Positions 26,670 through 32,000 of a stretch of 32,000 nucleotides of DNA are shown piece by piece (position 1 is the stretch's first letter; each line of letters starts with the position of its first letter). The notes below the pieces were generated by a model, which did no database searches, was not told the origin of the DNA, and saw nothing but the letters and a program-made list of their open reading frames with translations. A program made the translations under genes and the position numbers. The stretch comes from Thermosulfurimonas dismutans (lineage in GTDB: Bacteria > Desulfobacterota > Thermodesulfobacteria > Thermodesulfobacteriales > Thermodesulfobacteriaceae): assembly GCF_001652585.1 (NCBI RefSeq), contig NZ_LWLG01000004.1, positions 60,001 to 92,000 of the forward strand, given 5' to 3'.

Positions 26670-27534
26670 CCCCCAGGTGGAAAACGGCTACACCAGGATC
26701 GCGAACGAGCTCCTGGAGGCCCTCTGCCGGGCCAGGCTCGGGAGCCGGGAGCTCAAGGTAGTGCTGGCGGTGGTGAGGCTCACATACGGCTTTTTGCGCA
26801 AAGAAAACACCATCTCCCTGGGAAAGCTTGCGGAAATGACGGGGTTGAGAAGAGAGAGGCTCTCAGAAGTGGTCAAAGCCCTTGAGCGGAAAAATGTCCT
26901 GCGGGTCAGCAAGGAAAATGGCCGGCTGATCCTGGGACTGCAAAAAGACTACTCCAAGTGGACGGGAGGGGTGTCCCAAAAACGGGGTACCCCAAAATTG
27001 GGACTGTCCCAAAAAAGGGTGTCCCAAAAACGGGGAACAGGGTGTCCCAATTTTGGGGAACAGGGTGTCCCAAAAAAGGGGAACACCCACACCCCTCAAT
27101 CCCTTGAGTCTCAAGCGTTTCACGGCCCCCTAAAGAAAATATATAAAGAAAACTTTAAAGAAACATCATCTATCTACAGAGAGGACGACTTCAAAGAAGT
27201 GATCTCCAAGTGGGAGGAGGTCTTCGGGGAGGCGTTTCCCCTTGAGAGGGCGCCGGAGAGCGTGAGGGCGGCGGACTTCATGCTTTACCTTCACGAGGCC
27301 GGGAGGCTCCCCGCGGTGAAGCGCCCCTCGGCCTACCTGAGAAAGCTTGCCGCGAGCGAGCTTGAGCCTTTCCCGAGCCTCGCCGAGCGGCGGGCCGCGG
27401 CCCGGGACGCAGAGGAGCGGATGCGCGAGCTCAACCGCCAACAGCTCGCCAAGCTCTACGCCCGCATGATGGCCGAGGGCTGGCCGGTCGAGGTCCCCGA
27501 GGAGCTCAGGCCCCTTGTGGCCCAAACCCAATAG
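26662..27534 (+). CDS. Phage replication initiator, lambda O-like N-terminal domain
   Basis: Start set at ATG 26662. MASPQVENGYTRIANELLEALCRARLGSRELKVVLAVVRLTYGF matches the replication-protein-O N-terminal pattern (nGyT.ipNellE.l....L...e.rvll.i.R.TyG). The iteron array and AT-rich patch lie inside the linker-coding part. Confidence 0.75.
   Translation: MASPQVENGYTRIANELLEALCRARLGSRELKVVLAVVRLTYGFLRKENTISLGKLAEMTGLRRERLSEVVKALERKNVLRVSKENGRLILGLQKDYSKWTGGVSQKRGTPKLGLSQKRVSQKRGTGCPNFGEQGVPKKGNTHTPQSLESQAFHGPLKKIYKENFKETSSIYREDDFKEVISKWEEVFGEAFPLERAPESVRAADFMLYLHEAGRLPAVKRPSAYLRKLAASELEPFPSLAERRAAARDAEERMRELNRQQLAKLYARMMAEGWPVEVPEELRPLVAQTQ
26971..27088 (+). repeat. Iteron array (putative ori): at least five copies of (G/C)TGTCCCAA(A/T)4-5(C)GGGG, the last three on a 23-bp period
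   Basis: Copies at 26971-26987, 27004-27019, 27019-27035, 27042-27058 and 27065-27081. An inverted variant CCCAAAATTGGG lies at 26991-27002. GGGGAACAGGGTGTCCCAA repeats exactly at 27032-27050 and 27055-27073. Confidence 0.75.
27131..27180. other. AT-rich patch next to the iterons (candidate DNA-unwinding element)
   Basis: TAAAGAAAATATATAAAGAAAACTTTAAAGAAACATCATC has 7 G/C in its first 40 nt, within an element that is otherwise about two-thirds GC. It starts about 45 nt after the last iteron. Confidence 0.5.
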
Positions 27535-27541
27535 GGGTTAA

Positions 27542-27555
27542 GTGAAAATTTTCAC
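27542..27555. promoter_or_regulatory. Perfect 14-bp palindrome GTGAAAATTTTCAC between the replication gene and the next gene
   Basis: The sequence equals its own reverse complement. It is AT-rich in a GC-rich context and lies 14 nt upstream of ATG 27569. Confidence 0.35.
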
Positions 27556-27568
27556 AAAGGGGGTAAGC

Positions 27569-27763
27569 ATGGTGGAGCACGAGATCAAAAAGCTCATGGC
27601 GGAGTTCGGGCCGGAGGCTGTGCTCAGCGCCGTCTCCGAGGCCCTCTCCCGCTGGGTGAGGGTGACCGGCAGGTGTCTTCTGACCGGGCGCAGGCTTGCC
27701 CACGAGAAGATCTGCGGCTACTGCCGCCGGTGCCCGGTGAAGCCCCTTGAGAGGAGGGCCTGA
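27569..27763 (+). CDS. Small hypothetical protein (64 aa) with C-terminal CxxCxxC
   Basis: AAAGGGGG lies 6 nt upstream of ATG 27569. The C-terminus contains CGYCRRC. Its stop overlaps the rusA start (TGATG). Confidence 0.5.
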   Translation: MVEHEIKKLMAEFGPEAVLSAVSEALSRWVRVTGRCLLTGRRLAHEKICGYCRRCPVKPLERRA

Positions 27764-28254
27764 TGCTTGCGGTCTTCGTGCGAGGGGTGCCCAGGCCCCA
27801 GGGGCGGCCGCGGATCGTGCGCTTCGCGAACGGGAAGGCCGGGCTCAAGGACCCGGAGGCCAGCCGGGACTGGAAGAACTACGTGCGGATGTGCGTGGCC
27901 GAGAGGGTGGCCGAGCCCCTCTCCGGGCCGGTGGCCCTGGAGCTCTGGTTCTACCTTCCAGTGCCGAAAAGTTTCTCAAGGAAAAAGCGTCTTGCGGCCC
28001 TTTCCGGGGAGATCCTACCGGCCAAAAAGCCCGACCTCGACAACCTGGTCAAGGCGGTGCTCGACGCCATCCTGGGGGTGGCCGTGCTCGACGACCGGCA
28101 GATCGTGGAGCTCCGGGCTGGAAAGCTCTACGGGGCCGTGCCCGGGGTGGAAATCGTCGTAAAGGAGCCCGGGGAGTCCAGCTCAAAATCCCTTGAAAGG
28201 AGGAACGGATGCCGAGCTACACCCACGAGTTTGCTATCCGCTGCGTGGCTCTGA
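27763..28254 (+). CDS. rusA: RusA-family Holliday junction resolvase
   Basis: GVPRPQGRPR..., KKPDLDNLVKAVLDAILGVAVLDDRQIV (the RusA catalytic Asp cluster). Confidence 0.85.
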   Translation: MLAVFVRGVPRPQGRPRIVRFANGKAGLKDPEASRDWKNYVRMCVAERVAEPLSGPVALELWFYLPVPKSFSRKKRLAALSGEILPAKKPDLDNLVKAVLDAILGVAVLDDRQIVELRAGKLYGAVPGVEIVVKEPGESSSKSLERRNGCRATPTSLLSAAWL

Positions 28255-28439
28255 AGGAAAAGAGCGACCAGAACGTAGTGGAGGTCAAGCTTGAGATGGT
28301 GGTGCGGGACACGGAGGACCTCTCCTTCATCATGGACCTGGTGCGCCTCAAGCAGTTGCCCCTGGTCACGGTGAGCTTCCACTCGCCGCAACAGAGGCTT
28401 CCCCTGGAGGGAAAGGTTGAGTCTCGCCCTGCTAATTAG
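28209..28439 (+). CDS. Hypothetical protein (76 aa)
   Basis: Strong RBS AAGGAGGA 5 nt upstream of ATG 28209. Overlaps the rusA tail by 46 nt. No recognisable motif. Confidence 0.5.
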   Translation: MPSYTHEFAIRCVALKEKSDQNVVEVKLEMVVRDTEDLSFIMDLVRLKQLPLVTVSFHSPQQRLPLEGKVESRPAN

Positions 28440-29028
28440 CCTCGCCCTCCTTGCGGCGGCCCCGGCCCTGGCCGAGGACCCGGTGTCCTTCATCGTGGCC
28501 CGGAGCCCGGAGCTCTCCGAGCTTTCAAGCTTCAACCGGAGCCGGCTCTCCAACCTCACGGTCAAGCTCCGGGGCACGGTAAAGCAGGGCCAGGAGACGC
28601 TCTCCGGCCTCACGGCGGAGGAGAGGGCCCGGGTCGGCTACGACCTCAGGCTCATCGCCGAGCTCCCGCTTTTCTCGCCCAAGGAGCGCCTGGAGATGAG
28701 GCTCAGGGAGCTCAGGCTCAGGCGGAGGGTGCGCCAGGAGGCCGCTAGAGCTGTGGCCCGCTACCGGAGCCTCAAAAAGACCGTGGCCAGGAGGCAGGCC
28801 CTGGTCGCCGCCGTCCGGGAGGAGTGCCTCTGGCTCAAGCGCAGGGTGGAGGCCGGGCTTGAGCCCTCGGAGCGGGTCATCTCCTGCGTGAAGGAGCTTG
28901 AGGGCCAGAAGGAGAAGCTCGAGACGCTCCGGGAGGAGCTCTCCGAGGCCCTTGAGACCGTGCTCTCAATGGTGGGGCCGGGGGACAGGGAGCGCCTCAA
29001 GGAGATCCTGGATGCGGAGGATCGTTAG
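28417..29028 (+). CDS. Secreted or membrane-tethered coiled-coil protein
   Basis: TTG start with GGAGGG 6 nt upstream. Signal-like MSLALLISLALLAAAPALA|ED. Long Arg/Glu/Leu heptad-like region (RLEMRLRELRLRRRVRQEAARAV...LEGQKEKLETLREELSEALE). Confidence 0.55.
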   Translation: MSLALLISLALLAAAPALAEDPVSFIVARSPELSELSSFNRSRLSNLTVKLRGTVKQGQETLSGLTAEERARVGYDLRLIAELPLFSPKERLEMRLRELRLRRRVRQEAARAVARYRSLKKTVARRQALVAAVREECLWLKRRVEAGLEPSERVISCVKELEGQKEKLETLREELSEALETVLSMVGPGDRERLKEILDAEDR

Positions 29029-29647
29029 CTCGTTTCAGAGGATCGGCCGGAGGTTCTACGGCACGGTCTCGGTTAAGGCCTTCGGCCGCAGGGTGGATCA
29101 CTTCCGGCTCCGGGCCGGGATGAGCGTGCTCATCGAGGGCGGGCCGCTTTCCGGGAAAACGGCCTTCCTGCGGCGCCTGGCCTCTCAGCTCGCCGAGCTC
29201 CGGGAGCCCGTAATCTTCATTGATGCCACTTCCCCAGTGACCAAGTGGCTCTCCGAGGTCACGCCCCCGGTGCCCCTGAGCGCGAGGAAGGCCCTCTCCT
29301 GGAGGCTTGCGAACCTGCCGGAGCGGTTCTACCTCCTTCTCGACAACGCCGAACGGGTGGCCGACGGCCAGAAGCTGGAGGTGGTGCTGGAGCTCCTGGC
29401 CAGGGCCCGCACCGCGGTGGTGGCCGGGCGATCCTACTCCTCCCTCCACCCAAGGCTCCAGGCCCGCCTGCGTGAGGCCAAGGTGGTCTCCCTGGGTTGC
29501 GGGGCCGACACCTTCGACGCCACCTACGTGCTCGTAGCCGTGCTCATCATCTTGGTGGCGCTCTCCGGGATGCACCACCTGGTGCTCCTGGCCGCGGCCG
29601 TGCGCTACCTCTTCCAGGGGATCAGGATCGGGGGCCGAAGGATATGA
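29012..29647 (+). CDS. P-loop NTPase (AAA-like) with C-terminal transmembrane helix
   Basis: Start set at ATG 29012 (AAGGAG 7 nt upstream). Walker A GGPLSGKT, Walker B-like FYLLLDNAE, and a hydrophobic tail YVLVAVLIILVALSGMHHLVLLAAAV. Confidence 0.6.
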   Translation: MRRIVSSFQRIGRRFYGTVSVKAFGRRVDHFRLRAGMSVLIEGGPLSGKTAFLRRLASQLAELREPVIFIDATSPVTKWLSEVTPPVPLSARKALSWRLANLPERFYLLLDNAERVADGQKLEVVLELLARARTAVVAGRSYSSLHPRLQARLREAKVVSLGCGADTFDATYVLVAVLIILVALSGMHHLVLLAAAVRYLFQGIRIGGRRI

Positions 29648-30240
29648 CCTGGCCGAGCCACATCCTCATGGGGATCGCGCTTGCCAAGGGCTTCGACCTT
29701 TCGCTTCCCTGGTGCGTGGCCGGGAGCCTGTTTCCGGATCTTGCCGAGATGCTTGCGAGGCGCATCGTGGTCCGGGGGAAAGCGGTCTTCGTCGGCCTCC
29801 CCCAGATCGCCCACCGCACCTACACCCACTCTCTGCTCTTCGCCGGGCTTTGCCTCCTTGCAGGCTGGGGAATCTTCCCGATCCGGAGCTTCTTCGCCGG
29901 GGTGCTCTTTGGGCACCTGCTTCTCGACGCCCTCACCGTGATGGGCGTTCCGGTGGTTGACGGGAGGCACCGCAGGGTTACCCTTTTCGGAGGGAAGATC
30001 CGCACGGGGTCGCTCGCCGAACTCGTGGCGGTGCTGGCCCTCGCGTTCACCACCTACGCCGTGGCCCCAGCCGTGAAGGTCGGTGGCCTTGAGGACCTCT
30101 ACCAGCAGGGGGTGATAGACAGGTATGAGTACGAAAAGAGAAAGAAGGCCCTTTTCGATCTTCTTCTTTGGCGCCACTCTGGCCCTCCTCCTTCTCGGCA
30201 CCTTCCTCCCTCTGTGGAGCGCCTACTCGAAGAGCCTTGA
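29644..30240 (+). CDS. Membrane-bound metal-dependent hydrolase, YdjM/DUF457-like, with SHOCT-like C-terminal segment
   Basis: ATGA overlap with the preceding stop. MTWPSHILMG, FPDLAE, AHRTYTHSLLF and GHLLLDALTVMGVP match the DUF457 pattern. The tail LEDLYQQGVIDRYEYEKRKKALFDLL resembles a SHOCT domain. Confidence 0.7.
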   Translation: MTWPSHILMGIALAKGFDLSLPWCVAGSLFPDLAEMLARRIVVRGKAVFVGLPQIAHRTYTHSLLFAGLCLLAGWGIFPIRSFFAGVLFGHLLLDALTVMGVPVVDGRHRRVTLFGGKIRTGSLAELVAVLALAFTTYAVAPAVKVGGLEDLYQQGVIDRYEYEKRKKALFDLLLWRHSGPPPSRHLPPSVERLLEEP

Positions 30241-30664
30241 GGCCCGGGTGGTTAAGGTTTACGACGGGGACACGGTAACGGTTCTGCTGGGTGGGCGGCG
30301 CGAGAGGGTCCGTCTCATCGGGATAGACTGCCCGGAGCTCCGTCAAAGGCCCTGGGGAAAGCGCGCCAGGGACTTTCTGAGGCGGCTCGTCCTGCACCGC
30401 ACCGTGCGCCTGGAGCTGGATGTTGATCCCTGGGATCGCTACGGGCGCCTCCTGGCCTATGTGTGGCTTGACGGCGAGCTCGTGAACGAGACCCTGGTCA
30501 GGGAGGGGCTCTGCCTGATCTACACCGTGCCGCCCAACGTGAAGCATGCGGAGAGGTTCCGGGAGGCCCAGAGGTGGGCCAGGGAGCACGGCCGGGGCTT
30601 CTGGGCCGAGGGCGGGCTCTCGGAAACGCCCTACCAGTGGCGCAGGCGCCACCGCAGGCACTAG
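30125..30664 (+). CDS. Thermonuclease (staphylococcal nuclease/SNase-like) with N-terminal membrane anchor
   Basis: VYDGDTVTV, RVRLIGIDCPE and DRYGRLLAYVWLDG are SNase signatures. N-terminal helix FSIFFFGATLALLLLGTFLPLW. A later GTG start (~30247) would remove the anchor. Confidence 0.8.
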   Translation: MSTKRERRPFSIFFFGATLALLLLGTFLPLWSAYSKSLEARVVKVYDGDTVTVLLGGRRERVRLIGIDCPELRQRPWGKRARDFLRRLVLHRTVRLELDVDPWDRYGRLLAYVWLDGELVNETLVREGLCLIYTVPPNVKHAERFREAQRWAREHGRGFWAEGGLSETPYQWRRRHRRH

Positions 30665-30678
30665 CCTCCGCCTTCCAT

Positions 30679-30695
30679 CCCCCACCCACCCGCCC
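30679..30695 (-). other. Canonical G-quadruplex / i-motif sequence (minus strand GGGCGGGTGGGTGGGGG)
   Basis: The plus strand reads CCCCCACCCACCCGCCC: four G3+ tracts on the minus strand separated by 1-nt loops, 15 nt after the nuclease stop codon. Confidence 0.6.
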
Positions 30696-31162
30696 TTCCT
30701 GCGGCCCTTGCGGGCCGGGGGCCTCGCCCCGCCTAAGCCGGGGGGCGGGCCTCGGCCCCACCGGGCGATCCGGCCCGTCCGGGTGGGCTCGCCCGCACCT
30801 GGGGTCCGGCCCGAAAAAGAAATCTAACCCACCGAAAATGCGCCTCTAAACGGCCCATATTTGGCCTCTAAGAGGATTTTTTTGGCCAATAGTATCGAAC
30901 ATATCGGGGCGAGAAAATCGATTCTGGGGCGAATCTGAGCGGATTTTTCACCGGGCTTGTCCTGGGACCACCTAACGGCTAGGGCCACCTAACCGGGTCA
31001 TGATTTGAGTTGAGTTTCTGGCTCGCCACAGCCTCCCCCGCCACCGGCGCCCCCCTCCCCCGAAGTGCTCGGCCCCCTCCCCCCGCCGCGCCGTCGGCCT
31101 CGCCCCCGCTCCAGGGGGAGGGGGCCTGCGCTGTCTTTGAGGCTCGGTGCCTCCGGTGCCGT

Positions 31163-31227
31163 GGGAAAGGCTGGAAGCGTCCTGCGGTGGGAAAAGCCCG
31201 TGGAATAGAAACCTTCCAGCCTTTCCC
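31163..31227. repeat. Perfect 15-bp inverted repeat GGGAAAGGCTGGAAG / CTTCCAGCCTTTCCC with a 35-nt loop
   Basis: The arms at 31163-31177 and 31213-31227 are exact reverse complements. They lie in a region with no convincing genes. Confidence 0.7.
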
Positions 31228-31506
31228 CCTCTTTCAGTTGTAGCCCTCCGGCCCCTTATGCGGCGCAAGGCCTCCGGCCCCTGACGGGGCCTCCGCAAGC
31301 TCGCTCCGGGGCTTTGCCCCTCCGCTCGGCCTTGCCCCGCGGGGCCTCCGGGCTGTTCCAAAAGTGCGGGGTTCGGCTGGGGAAAAAGGCTTTTGGGTTT
31401 TTTTGGCCTGGGGGCCTTGGGGCTCTGTGCCTCCGGGGCCTGTGGGTCCGGCCCTTCCGCCTGCGGTGGGGCCGGCCCGTTAAAAAAACTTTTGGGGGTG
31501 TGGCTA

Positions 31507-32000
31507 TGGGCGGCGTTTCTCCCTTGGCTTGCCTTCCGGTTTTTTCGGCGGTTTCGGTCTCGGCGGTGGCCTTCGGGGGCGGGGCGGTGCTCCGGCGCTC
31601 GTCCCGGTCGCTCTCCGGGTTCGTGGCCTGGTGCTGGTTCCCGTCCTGGGGGCTTGCCCGGCGGTGGGCCTCCTTCTGGGCCGGGCGGCTTCCGGCCGCG
31701 TGCCGGGGCGTGGTGGTGCGCCGGGCGCCGTTTCCGGCCTCGGGGTGGGTGGTTTCCGTGCCGGTGCTCCCTCGGGTGGGGGCGTGCCGTGGTTAGGTTG
31801 CCGGGGTGGGCTTCGGCGGCCGGGGGCCGGGTGCTCCGGGTTCTCGGCCCCGCGGTGACGGTCTGGTTCCCCTCCGGGTTTCTGGCCCAGGCCTTCGCCC
31901 TCTCCTGCGGGCTCTCCCCGGCTCGGGCCTTCCGGGCGCCCTCCGGGGGCTTTGCCGTGGTGGTGCCGGCCTCGGCCCTCTCCTCCGTCCGGCCCCGGTG
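31507..32000 (+). other. Adenine-free tract on the + strand (T-free on the - strand), running to the window edge
   Basis: Direct count: no A in 31507-31794 (288 nt). Only three A (31795, 31858, 31889) in 31507-32000. The tract is G > C > T in composition. Confidence 0.95.

Larger units (their letters stand above)
25738..32000. mobile_element. GC-rich temperate-phage-like or satellite-like element (partial; right end beyond the window; no integrase or structural genes seen here)
   Basis: Contains a divergent CI-like/Cro-like switch, an O-like replication gene with an internal iteron ori, and RusA. Base composition is sharply higher in GC than the flanking DNA. Confidence 0.65.

Noticed and set aside
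26971-27088. Possible CRISPR array (regularly spaced repeats)
   Set aside because: The repeats are about 17 bp on a 15-33 bp spacing with essentially no spacers, and they lie inside a coding region next to an AT-rich patch. They are iterons, not CRISPR. No other CRISPR-like array exists in the window.
27166-30685. Long minus-strand ORFs (27166-27531, 28128-28613, 28997-29578, 29605-30201, 30047-30685) and alternative + frames (27747-28196, 27767-28162, 29245-29537)
   Set aside because: All overlap + strand genes that have recognisable motifs (O-like, RusA, Walker A, DUF457, SNase). Their translations are Arg/Gly/Pro-rich, typical of off-frame high-GC sequence.
31314-31858. 160-aa and 109-aa + ORFs in the right-hand GC-rich region
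   Set aside because: Their length is a trivial consequence of the absence of A, which rules out stop codons. The products use only the ten amino acids encodable without A (F, L, S, C, W, P, R, V, A, G) and look non-biological.
31381-32000. Diversity-generating retroelement (adenine-specific mutagenesis) as the explanation for A depletion
   Set aside because: DGRs randomise positions corresponding to template adenines rather than eliminating A. No reverse transcriptase, Avd-like gene or TR/VR repeat pair is visible in the window. This cannot be excluded beyond 32,000.

Overview
The window is a three-part compositional mosaic, apparently from a hydrogen-metabolising anaerobe; no finer taxonomic call can be defended from the sequence alone. 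(1) Bases 1 to ~22,800 are ordinary core chromosome. They carry an hdr(C)BA-mvhDGA heterodisulfide-reductase/[NiFe]-hydrogenase operon, then a Tat-exported membrane-bound [NiFe] uptake hydrogenase operon (small subunit, large subunit, cytochrome b, endopeptidase). This runs straight into hypC-hypA-hypB-hypF, with hypF broken by a 1-nt frameshift in a G run. After that come rimO, panD, panC, an L,D-transpeptidase, a tiny secreted Lys/Cys-rich protein with its own promoter and terminator, a cooC-like ATPase, cimA, lysC, a J-domain protein, mtaB, pgsA and tRNA-Arg(CCU). (2) Bases ~22,800-25,737 are strongly AT-rich (sampled lines about one-third GC). They hold a translationally coupled pair: a 489-aa nuclease-like/HEAT-repeat fusion protein and a beta-class SPPF DNA methyltransferase. 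This is my best candidate for an undescribed restriction/defence architecture. It lies directly downstream of, and co-oriented with, a phage repressor gene, the position rexAB occupies in lambda. (3) Bases 25,738-32,000 are strongly GC-rich (sampled lines about two-thirds or more GC) and look like part of a temperate phage or satellite. This block has a CI-like HTH+S24 repressor divergent from a Cro-like gene, with a near-consensus promoter and a repeated 16-mer operator. It also has a replication-protein-O-like gene with an internal iteron array plus AT-rich patch (a lambda-style ori), RusA, and a four-gene envelope-associated module: secreted coiled-coil protein, membrane-anchored P-loop NTPase, YdjM/DUF457-like hydrolase, membrane-anchored thermonuclease. 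It ends in about 1.3 kb with no convincing genes, dense in GC hairpins and short repeats. The last ~500 nt are almost free of adenine on the + strand (288 consecutive nt with no A). I saw no integrase, virion structural genes, CRISPR array or rRNA in the window. All functional calls rest on motif recognition by eye; no database search was run.
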